64,000 nucleotides of DNA from Setoptus koraiensis (lineage: Eukaryota > Animalia > Arthropoda). Numbering within the stretch: position 1 is the first letter of the stretch; each line of letters begins with the position of its first letter. Under the pieces are notes generated by a model. That model was not told the DNA's origin. It saw only the letters and a list, made by a program, of their open reading frames with translations, and ran no database searches. Below are positions 1 to 12,000 of the stretch, piece by piece. Location of the stretch: positions 19,592,001 to 19,656,000 of the forward strand of contig CM106586.1 of assembly GCA_048013815.1 (NCBI GenBank). The letters are read 5' to 3'. Both the position numbers and the translations under genes were made by a program.

Positions 1-677
1 CCACTCGTGAGTGGCAACATCAGCGCTAAAGTGTGTGCCAATTCACCTGTAAAGTGTGTAAAAAGTTAGCCAGCCAGGCAGGCAGGCGAGCGAGTTGAAT
101 AGCATTGTTGTCGTGCAATATTGGCAGTGGCAGCGGCAGTGGCAATAACAACAACAGCAGCAGCGACAACAATAGCAACAACAACAACAACTATAATAAT
201 AGTAATAATAACAAACAGACAGATAACTGTTTCGCTTTATATTTGCGTTGTTTGCGCGCGCATGTGAGTTACGCATCGTTCTGGGCTACCGTTATGCGTT
301 GTTGGGCGCCCAACCAGCGCCAACAGCAACAGCAGCAACAACAACAACAACAGCAACAGCACAGGCGACTACAATAACGGCAACAGCAGCGCCAGCGACA
401 ACAACAGTGCCAACAACAACAGCGCCAACAACAACAGAAAAAACAGCATCGACTCGTGAATAACCTAATAGCTGCCGTGCCACACAATTTACGTAACGCG
501 GGGCAAGCTCGCTGGTGCCAGCTTGCCAGTGCCAGGCAAACTCACCGCTAGGCGTCGGCTATTGGTTTGAGTGGCGACAGTGGCCAGCGCGCCAGCAAAG
601 CGGGCGCTCGCAATCGTGGTTGCAAAGGTGGTCGCAAAGGCTAGTGGCGATGGTGAGGGTGAAACATAGAGACAATA

Positions 678-3600
678 ATGATGAACTTCTATAAGCAAGC
701 GCATAGCGGCTTAACGTCGCGAACGAAATCACTGAGAGAAAAGTTTAGCTCGAAGCGATCGCTGAGCGAGCTGTCGTTCAGCGAGCGCCAGGCATTAAAG
801 TCGCCAGCCATCCTGCAAACAACAACAACAACAGCGACAACAACGACAGCACCGACAACAACAGCAACAGCATCAACAACAGCAACAGCAGATCTGCATC
901 ACAACCAGTGCGATAATCGCGACATAGCGGCGACAGCGACCACCACCACCACAACGACGACGACACAATTACCGTGGCATCGCAAGAGCCTCACGTCGGC
1001 CAGTTTTAGGCGCAGTCACAAAAGTAGCACGAGTATCAGTGGGCAACAACAACAACAACAACAACAACAATTACCAGTGGTGATTAATCAGCAGCAAACA
1101 GCGACAACAGCCAGCAGCGGCAGCCCGAAGAAGCACAGCCAATTAGCGTCTACCTCTAATGACAACAACAACAACAACAACAACGACAGCACCAACATAA
1201 ACAACAACCGCCAGCACGAAGCAACATCGCAGCAGAGAGCCACAGAAGAGAGCATCTATTTTTATGATAATTATACAACAACAAGCGCCGGTGATGCAAT
1301 ACAAACAACATTAGACAGTTCAGCCACGCGCCCCAAATCGTTGCATTGCGGCCGCCAGTCGGACAGCAGCGAGCAGCGCGCCAAGCTCAATTATCATCAT
1401 CAGGCAGGCGACGCATCCGGTGAGGAGCGGCCGAGGTCGGTGCACAGCAAACCGGGCGACCCAGTGTCTCAAATGCAAGCCAACGCGCCCACGTCGAGCG
1501 AAACGTCGGCCCTGCTGGTGAGCGTGGCCGACGACGACGACACCGCCGCCGACCACCGTCACCATCACCGGCACCACCGTCAGCACCAGCAGCCGCACCA
1601 GCACAATCAGCAGCAGACGAGCGCCACTTCCGGTCAATACAGCAAATCATTTTATGTGAGCAGCACGAGCAGCAGCAGCAGCCAGCAGCGATGTGATATT
1701 AATTCGGGCAGCGCGCAGCAAAACTCAATTCAGATTTCAAATGATGCAGGGGCCAAAATGCAGCGATCGCCCACGCGCGCCCGCTCAGAAAAGCACAAGC
1801 GCTCGTCGAGCGTCAAGACGGCCAGCTCGCGCGACCGCCGACTGGCCCTCGAGCGCCACCAACAATTCAACAACTCACCTGGCCAGCAAAACCAGCAACA
1901 GCAGCAGCAGCGAAATAGTGATAGCGACGGCGACGACAAGCGCGCCGAGTTGCAGCGCGAGCGTCAATTGTTGTTGTCGCAACAGCAAAATCAATTTGTT
2001 CATTTGCGCGCCGGTTTAGACAAGGCCGACAATCTCAGCAGCGACAATTCATCACCCTTCGGCGGCGGCCCCCATTATCAGCCGTCGCATCACCAGTGGT
2101 CGTGCAAAGCGCCCCTGTCGTCGTCGTCATCGTCGTCGGTTGTGTCCAATCATCAGCATCAGCAACCGCAACAATCATCGTCGTCAATGGCCAGATCGTC
2201 GAGAGCGCCAACCGGAAGTGGCCACAACCCATCCAGCAGCGCCACAACTGGCGCTGCTGGCGCCTCTGGTGGTGGCGGTGGCGGCAGCAGCAGGCGTTGC
2301 GGTGTCATAGATATTCAAGACAATGTCAACGCGGCCATAAACAAACAATTGTCCATTGACCCATGCATAAACCTGAGACAACAATTAACCGGCGGCGATT
2401 TGCCCGAATTTCTGCAGGGCACCTATAACAATACCGTTATATTGCCCTCTGACACGGGCCAGTCCTATAGATCGGCGCTAGATTTAAATAGCTCACTGGC
2501 GGCCATAACGTGCGCCACAGACGGCGACGTGGCCCCCCTGCCCTGGCAATCTGACGCGGCCATCCAATGTGATCTGCTCTGTGCGCCCCCATTAACGGAC
2601 GCCTACGAAACAACCGGTGATATCATCAAGACCATTGTTGGGCCCTTTCGGCCCAACAACAGCAACCTGGCTTGCGTGAACAATAACACAAATAATAACA
2701 GCAACAACAATACGCAAGCATTGTCAGCAGTTTTGACCGGCGACACTCTGAAACGGGGCCTAAACGCTCTGGCCACCACTTGTTCGCAACATCACCTGGG
2801 CGCCCCAGGAACTGTGGTGGGCAGCCTGAAGAAGTCCATTTCTAACACTATTGACATTGCGTTAGATCATCATGCTCAATCGTGTCAGCAATACCATCAG
2901 CTGATGTCGGCAGAACCGGCCTACGAGTATTTGCACAATGAGCAAGACGACTCTTGTTCTTTGTATCAATTGAACGTATCCAATGGCAACAGCAACTCAA
3001 TTACAACTGCTGCCAACGACAATTCAAATGTCAGCAACAACAACAACAACAGCAGCAGCAGCAACAACGAAAACAGCGACAATCTCCAATTAGAGCCGGC
3101 CGACGCGCCCGCCAGCGCCAATGAGTTTGTTTACAACAGCAAGCCGCGTCGTCGCGTCTACACCGAGGGTTCGTCGAGTTTCGACAAACGAATGGGCGAC
3201 GTCACAGGCAAAAATCATCACTCGTCGTGCTCAAACGATCACGACAATCAATGTTTCAACGTCAGCCAATCGGCCACCATAAACAACAGCAGCAGCGGGG
3301 CCCAGCCGAGCTCGTCGTCGACGTCCAAGTCGACCTCGAAAAATCCCTTCATGCTGTCGAGCGACAGCGTCATGTCAAACAACACCAACACCAACAACAC
3401 CGACATCGCCAACAACAACAACAACAACAACATGACCTGCAGCCGAATGACAATAGGCGACTGCATACAAACGAACAACAACAGCATGCAAAATAATTCC
3501 TCTAATCTGCTCAATTTAACCTCGTCGGCCAGCTCCACAATTAGCCAATTGGCAGGCAAAATATCCCGGCAATCCAGCAAGAAATTTTCATCGAAAAAAA

Positions 3601-5969
3601 ATGTTCTCCAGAGGGCGCTGTCGTTTGATTGTCGCGGCTACAAGCGTCTCGGTCAGCAGCAATCCATTGATTCTGTCAACTACAACAGCAGCAATTTGGA
3701 CAACAACAGCAACAATTACAACGGTCAACAACAATGTGATACAACCATGCAACAAACAAACAACCGCCAATTGAGCTCGTCAACCACATCCAATCATCAG
3801 CGCTCCAAAACAATCACCGCCAAGTCCAGTCAAATGGGGCGCCGCATGGGCACCGCCCAGCCCCAGGTAGATTTTCACGTGCCCCTGTTGCCCTACCAAA
3901 CGATGCAAAATGTGATGGAGCGGCAACATTTGCCCGTGTCGGCGCAACGCAAAAGCTACACTGTCCTGCAGCAGCAGCAGCAAGCCGCGGACGCCGCCTC
4001 CGTGCCCCGCCAGCCCCTGAAGCCGGCACCGAGCGTGCCGCCGGGAGGCACTTCCGGTCGGCCGGCCACGCTCGGCGACGTTGCATCAAGCGGCCAACAG
4101 CAGCAGCAGCAGCAGCGCCAACAATCTGATTTGCCCGTGGTTAACATTGTGCAATGTCACAGCAGGTCAAACTCAAACGCAAACAGCAACAGTTTAGATA
4201 TGATTACTAATCAGCTGGTAGGTGGCGCGCATCCGGCAACAGACAGCGCCGGGCCCAATGTGGTGATATCCGATATTAGCGCCAACAGCAGTGCCAGCAG
4301 TCATGTCAAAGTGAGCGGCCAGCTGAGCGACCCAATTAAGGTTGCCAGCAGCAACAACAACAACAACAACAACAACAACAGCAACAACAGGCAACAACAG
4401 CAACAGCAAACGGCATTGTCATTGGCGACAGTAGACAGCACGCCAGATTATTCCCCGTCCTCCAGTCAAGTGCAATCGCCCATGAGTCAATCAAGGCCTA
4501 GGGTAAGTCTGTCTGTTTTGGCCTAGCCCAGCTTGGGGCCCGTTACATAACTGCGCCACTCATTGTGCGAGCCAATTTACGGCTCTCTCAATAGTATCTA
4601 GTGTCTATCAAGCTCACCTGTCAGCTGAGCCAGACTGTTGGCGCCGCGAGCCAACAGTCTGGCAAACGGCCAAAGCTCCCCCGGCCTCGCCTGGCCCCCG
4701 GCCCCATTAAGCCGGGCTAGCGGTGCCGTTGTAAGCGCTCACCTGTCCAGACCGCTTTGGCTTGCTTGCGGCGGCCGGCGCTCTAGTGCGGCCTACAGGC
4801 CCAAAATCGGCTTGTAGGCCGGCTCAGAGTCGCACAAAGTCGCCCCACTAGATAGCGGCGCTCATTAATAGACGGGGCTAATCATTGTTGCGGGCTCAAC
4901 CTCGTGTATATGCACTTATATATGTTTGTATTTATAATGATATATATCTATCCTTCCGCGTTTATCCGTCAATGTGAAAATATACATATATAGCCCAATC
5001 TCACGCTTGATCTCAACCTGGACAATGATGACGACCAAGAGCAGCAATCCAATAGCAGCCGATCGCAGCGCCATTTGTTGATGGTGGACATTCCAAGTAA
5101 GTAAATACGGTGCCCCCCCCTCCCTTCTCGACTAATACATATACAAAGTTATATTATACGAGCCACACTCGACAGCTTGAGGGCCAGCAAACAAACGGAT
5201 GAAACTTGATTTATTGGGCCTTCACCGCTTGCCAGCCTCGCACGGGGACCCAAACGGCGTGCTTGCATGGGCCCTAGCGGGCCCGTGGGCGCTGCCGGGC
5301 CTAAAAATAGGTACGAGTGCGACCCTGAAAAGTGCCTGTCTAGACATAAAAGTTTGTGTGCCAGTTAGCGGCCACCTTTAATTACTGGGCGCCATTGATA
5401 CCAGTGTGTTGTGCCCGTTTATTGACGGATTTCGAAAGAGATTTCCGCACCGGCCCGCTGCACTCACAAGTCGTCAGCGGGCCCAGTGCGGGACTTATCG
5501 AGTGATAATGTGCCAGTGATAATGTATGGCTATAAAAACAGTGTTGTTGACAGTATAAACATGCTGGTAAAACAGTACAACAGATGGTCGGGTGCCCCTG
5601 GTGATCGCTGTTGTTTGTCGGGCCGGGTAGCGGCGGCTTTTTTGGCCAGCGGCAGTCCGTTATTATTTAAATCAGTTGTTATTATGTTTGTGTTGTCGCG
5701 TTTAATGAAAGGGCGCGATAAAAGCCACAGCCCGAACGGCGTGTGTCCGACACACTAGACACGACGACGATTCTCGGTGTCGTCGCTAGAAATCAGCGCG
5801 ATCTGGTTGTAGCAGATAAAAGATTTATTCAAATTTTCATTTATGGCACAAAACAGCACGTTGCAAGTTGCGTTTGTTTCGCTTGGGCAAGCCGCTGAGC
5901 AGCGCGTGCCGAGGGGCGACAACAACGACGATAACAACACGAACAACAGCAACACCAGCGACAACAACA

Positions 5970-6002
<33 letters not shown>

Positions 6003-9000
6003 GCAACAACGCCGACAGCAGCGGCGTCAACGGCAGCGCCAAATGACCGCCGGCCGCTTAACACTGGCAGTGCTTTAATTTACAAACATGATAATTAGTG
6101 GCAACAACAACAACAATGTGCTGCCACTAATTATCCGGGCCAGTGCGGCCCGTGAGGCCGTTGTGGCGCTTGTGAGCGTGTCGGCCCCGGTTAACCGGCG
6201 CAGCCCGCGCGCCGGCTGCCGGATAAATTAACTAGCGCCATTTGGCCCCACTGGCCCGCTAACCGGCCCACCGGCCGGCACGGCACGAACGGCAGCGACA
6301 TGTGCTAGTCCCGAGTCGCGATGAGAGACCGCTCGGGCCGACTGGCGGACAACTCTGGTGGCGCACACGCTCATTTAGCGCTAGTTGCCGTACCAGATAT
6401 CTCCATCACTAATTAATTTTAAATTTTAATGACAACTGCACCAGTGAGGGGCGCTGGCGCTCGCACACTCGTCCCACAGTTTGTGCGCCCATTAGCTGAG
6501 CCCGGGCGCGCCGAGCTACGCGAAGGGGGCGCAATCTAGAGATCTAGTTGCGTATATATTGCGCATATATTGCGTATATATTGCGTATATATTGCGTATA
6601 TAACTGCCCGGCAGCCTGGCCGTCTGGTGGCCGGTGTGGCATTTGTAATCATACTCGCGGGACTCATTCGATGTGTTCGCCGGCCAACTTCTTACCCTTG
6701 TGATGGGGCCCGTCGTTCAATTGTTTGGCCCCTTTCGCCATTTTCGGTCACCGGCTCGCAGTGGCTCGCTGTTTGGGTGGCGATACTTCAAGACCGATAG
6801 TTAGATCGTTTTGGCCGCTCTGGCCGAGCCCTAATTACGTAGTTATAGTAGCGAGATGTTACACATTCTATATAGTGGCGCTCGTGTGCAACTCGAACCA
6901 TTTTTGTCGTACCTGAGACTCTCAACTGGGGCGCTGGGGCGCTGGACATAGCGCACCCAATGTTGACCAATGTTTGCCTGGCACTGGCAGCGGGGGACTG
7001 GTCGTTGGTGCGGTCTTGGCGACACACAGTTTGTTTGCTTGCTCGTTTAGTTTATTCTCGTGCTGCTCGTTATATTTCTGGCCAAATTTGTTGTTTGCCA
7101 GACGCAAAAATAGCCTGCCCGCCACCGTTTGGGGCCGTCACAAGTGAGCTGGCGGGCGGACGAAAGGGCCAAGAGGACGAAAGGTCTCAAAGAGCACGGC
7201 CAGTGATATTCATCGATTCCGATGGTCACATCTTCTGGCTCAGAGCCATTTTGCGATTCTTTTGCCCGCAAGAGCGGCATCAACAAATCGACAGCGATCG
7301 CCTAGTGACCACGCAAAATGGCGGGACATTTTCAACCGCTCGTTTCTGAACTAACGACTTTGCTCAGCGCTGCTGTTTTTTCATTCGAAAGTCGCATTAC
7401 GTTGCGTGCATTTCGGGTATTTAGCCACTTAAAAACTAGCGAGTTATTTCAGTCGTGAGAGTTGTCGGTATATCAGCCGAACCGGGATAATTCGCGTTTC
7501 ATGTGCTAGAAGGTGCGCGTCTTCGTGGCGAACATCCGCAGCGCTTTCGAAAAAATTTGTGCCCCGAAAATTTGTGCTCCAAAAAATTTGTGCTACGAAA
7601 AAATTGTGCTTCAAAAAAATTGTGCTCCGAAAAAATTGTGCCCCGAAAAATGTTGCGGCGCCTCTAATTGGGCGCGACAACATTAGTTGGTTGATTTGTG
7701 AGCGTGCACTCATTAATGGGCGCCCCGGCCAGTCGAGTGCCCGGATGTTGGCCGAATCGACGGACGTTCGGGTGACTTCGATGTGTTTTTATCTCGGGCA
7801 CTGGTCGCATAGAAATTCGTCACGTCAGGCAACCATTGAGCGGGGCCCGCCGAAGTCGCAAACCGCTACTAGCAACTGGCCCAACTCGATTTTGAAATTG
7901 TCTCGGTCGCCGGCCCGGCTCGAGCTAGGCACGGAGCAAGATCGGTGGCCAGTTTCGCGCATTTGTGGACCCATTTACGCACCGAACAGGCTATTTATTT
8001 ATCGCTATATATAGATGCGCCGAGTCACGCAAGCAAAGCAAAAAAAGAAGCAAGCGATTATCTAGGCTGGTGATTTTGAGTTGTTGCCCTTCGAGTGGTG
8101 GCGTTCTTTTGTTTACGCGTTGCGCTAAAAACATGGCCAATGCCAATGACTTTTTTAAATGCGATTGCTGCGAAGCCAGAAACAAAACTTTGACCCGTCT
8201 GTGGCCTCCATTTGTGTGTCTCTGGCAACTAATGGACCAATTAATCATTATCGTCTTAATTGTCTCTCGTCGTTATTGCACGTGTTTGTGTCCACTCACA
8301 GGTATCAAATTGGGGGACGGTTGCAGCGAGCAACATCAGATGATGATGTGCTTGCCATCGCCCAACGTTCATCAATGTAATGAATTTGGCATTGTTAAAA
8401 AGTCGCCATCATTTAGATTGGAAACAGGCAACAGCAGCCATTTATCGCACGCCAGTTCGGCCTCGTCCACCTCCGGATGCCTAATGGCATTTCCTGCCGG
8501 TGGCGGCAGCACCGGCAACATGACCGGATCAAGAGGAGCGGGGGGAGCCGGAGGTGACTTTTGTGACGGCAATAGCAACAACAACAACAGTGATAATATA
8601 CAAATGATTTGTGATACTAGCACCACCAACAACAGCAACAACAATTTGGGTCTTGGGCCCAACAGCAGTGAATTGAGCCAGTCCGCTACGACACTTTTGG
8701 CCAAACAGAGTGGCGTCCTAATGCAACGCAGACAGGCGATGGTGCCCCCCAAGCTGCCCACCGACATCAACTACGACGACACGGACAAGTCAAACGATGA
8801 TATAAGCACTTGTTTCGATGCAAACAACGACAACGACACCATCAACAACAACAACGGCACGACATTGCAGTCGGCCGACCGCAGCGACGCCGGGCCGCCG
8901 CGTTTGCCCGTCAACGACGAACTGCCCCAGGTGAACATTGTAAACGACGACGGCGACCATTGCACGGTCATAGGCAACATGGACACGGATCACACCGCCA

Positions 9001-12000
9001 GGCCGGCGCACGCGGATAAATGGGGCGCCCGCGACAACAACATCGCCAACAACAACAACAACAGCAACAGCAGTCGCCAACAACAATTTACGGCCAACAG
9101 AAACGCGGCCAACTTGTATCGGGCCACCAGCGGAAGTCACGGTGATTTATCGAGCGCGTCCAATGAGGCGACCGGCCGCCAGCGCGACTACTTCGACATG
9201 CCTCCGTCGGCCATGGGCAGCCGGCCCGAGAGCCGGCTCAGCGGCGACGGCGGCGTGGCCAACTCGAACGGGTCGTCGGGCAGCGGAACAAACCTGAGCG
9301 TCATGTAGGTTCATTGCACCGGCCATCTTGCCATGGGTGCGCCTAGCGTACGGGCCCGCACCCGTACGGCTGCGGGCCCAGCGCAAGGTTGTATGTTTAA
9401 TATATATGCTAATCGATGTTGACTTTTAATCTTTGACTTCTCTCTCTCTCTCTCTCTCTCGCTCGCTCTCTCGCTGCCTCTCTGGCCATCTCTTGACCTT
9501 TGGCCGTTGTCGTGGACAAACCGGGCGCCATTTGTGTGATTGAACGCCGCTCACAATGATAATCGCCGGCCGTTTGTGTCCAGGAGCAGGCGCGACTTTC
9601 AGTCACCTGGCGGACTGACCGTTAGCTCGGCGAGCCAGACGAGAAACCGGCGCCGGTCGTCCATTGCGGTCATACCTCAGATGCAAATTTGTCCAGGCGA
9701 TCTGTTGGTGTACAGCAAACAATTAATTGATCGCATGAACCAATCGGGTGAGTATATATGGCTGAGCATATAGAGCCCATTATGCAAATTTCCTGCCTCT
9801 TGGCGCTGGCCAGTTTGGCCAGTCGCTGCCGGCCGTGCGTCTGGCAAGGCGAGCCGACGCAACGGTCGCAATAGCGCCAGCGCCTCAATCTTGATACATC
9901 GCTAATTCTGCCCGATTCTTTCCTATAAATACTAAATTATGGTCGCCGGCGCCGCCAATCAAAACCGAAACGCGCCAACAACAATCTGCCAACTGGACAC
10001 TGGCCGCAAACGATTGTTTGTCGGTCGCACATCGGCACCGACGCGAACAAACAACAACCACGACAACAACAACAACAATAACAACAACGACAACAACAAC
10101 AACGCTAGACAACTCGCAATACGAGCAACAACCGCCATATCTCACCGTAGAGGGTAAGTGCAAGGGGCACGCGTTGCCTCGGCGTCGCCAAATATTGGCC
10201 GAGACCTCGGGACGTCAATATTATCGCGGCGCAAGCCGACAGCGGTCGCCCAATGCCAATCAGACAATCGTTTATTCACGGCGGTCACTTAATCCGTCAG
10301 CCAAGCGAGTAAAAAACCCATTTGCTCACCGTTCGTGTGCCGGCTACGTGATCGCCGCTCGCCGGCCCGTTTGCCCTCGGGCGCGCCGACCAGCTCGGCC
10401 GAGGCGCCCGAGTTTATCCGGCCCCGGTTGTCCATGTCGGCTAAACTATGCCCATCTCGCGAGACCCGCCCGACCGGCCCGACTAGCCGTGCATAGCTGA
10501 TTGTGCCCGTCAGGCCCGCTCGCGGTGCCTGCGTCATCGCAACACGACACACACACACGCCTCACGTCAGTGCTGGCGCTGGCTGCTCCCCACTGCTGAC
10601 AGCGCGACGCGCAGATTGGGGCCCATGAATATCGACATCGCCAGACGATAGCAGCATATGTCAGTTGTTGGCGGGCGCATAAGTGCCCATGTTGCCCAAC
10701 AATGTCGACGGACGCAAACACTGTCTGCCAGACGGCGCCTGCCCGCCGCTTTTCCGGGAAAACCTTTCTCGCGGGCGGCACAACTCGCTCGCGCATTGCG
10801 CCGTCATTAAAATTAGCAGGGCACTTTGTCGTAATTAAGCGAAATTGCGCAATTATTTGCTATTGTTGACATTCGACATGACTGTACTGACTAACTGTGT
10901 TCCTCTTCATCTCTGTGCCGCTGCGCCAACGACACCGATTGCCCGAATTGACGCGCGAACCCGAAAATCCCAAACTCTCCAAAATCTTGGCCCCGTTCAG
11001 ACTCAAACCGGAAAGGCAAGAACATTTGGTCGTCGTTCAAGCTCGTAAGTACTCGAAACATGCCTCTCGAGACACCTCAGCCTTCACTCTCTGCTCGGGC
11101 CGCTCGGCCCGCGCGGGCCCGCGACAAAAATAAAACAATCGCATGACATCACCGCACCGCACCGCCAAACAGTATGCATAGCCAGTTATAAATCCCTATC
11201 GTTATGGCGAGCCTGCCCAGCGCCCCGCGCGATTATCTATTATTTGTATCTATTATGGGCTGCCCGGCGCGTCGCATGTGTGCCCATTGGGCACGGGAAG
11301 CAGCGGGCCGCAGTTTGGGTTCCTGTGTGCGCCTCGATTGTTTTGTTTGTTTGTTTGTTTGTTTGTTTGTTTGTTTGCCTGTCCGTTTGTTTGTCTCGGT
11401 ACTCCCGCACGGTGCCACTGGCTAATTCGACGACAAACAGTGGTAGCGGCGACGGCGGCCCCGGCCCCACATGAATAGCTAGCCAGCCGTTAACGGTTGT
11501 TGTTGTTGTGTGGTTGCTTTTTGAAAAATATCTCAATCCAATTTGCTTCGCTCTGCAACTTGGTGCAGTGTATATGTTTTCACGGTTCGCCTATAGATGA
11601 CGCCATTTACTTTGTAGTGGCGCTGACAGTTGTTCATAAGCTAGCTTCTGGCGAATTTTAGCTTCTTGTGTTGTTTGCCCAACTCCACTGCCAGGCTGGC
11701 TGGCTGGCATCGCTATTAGCTACATATATATCACGTGTATACATATTATATTTATAATATGTTATAGGCACCCAGCGGCAGCAAGCTAAGCTTCGCACCG
11801 CACACAACAACACGAAAACATACACAACAAACATTACGCAACAACCGACTTTAAGCGACCACCGACTTTAGGCAACAACCGACTTTACGCGACAACAGCA
11901 CCACCATCAACAACACACTTAGGCCCGACTGGCCCCAACTGCCGCCGCTGACCCTTACCTGTGCACCTACAAGCTTGTTAGCTGGCACTGTGATACTGTG

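Noticed and set aside
43-704. Several short overlapping ORFs upstream of the RhoGEF
   Set aside because: Pure CAA/CAG microsatellite translations in multiple frames; no domain or splice support.
5301-5310. Perfect MEF2-type site CTAAAAATAG in RhoGEF intron 2 (similar TTAAAAATAG near 36401 and 38337)
   Set aside because: A single AT-rich 10-mer is expected by chance in 64 kb; no clustering or conservation evidence.
5843-6046. Asn-rich ORF in intron 2 as a possible extra exon
   Set aside because: Exon 4994-5096 (phase 1) joins cleanly to 8302; no phase-compatible sites found for this ORF.
7965-8301. N-terminal 112 aa of the 447-aa ORF
   Set aside because: Lies upstream of the CACAG acceptor at 8301 within an AG-free, branch-point-containing intron end; intronic read-through.
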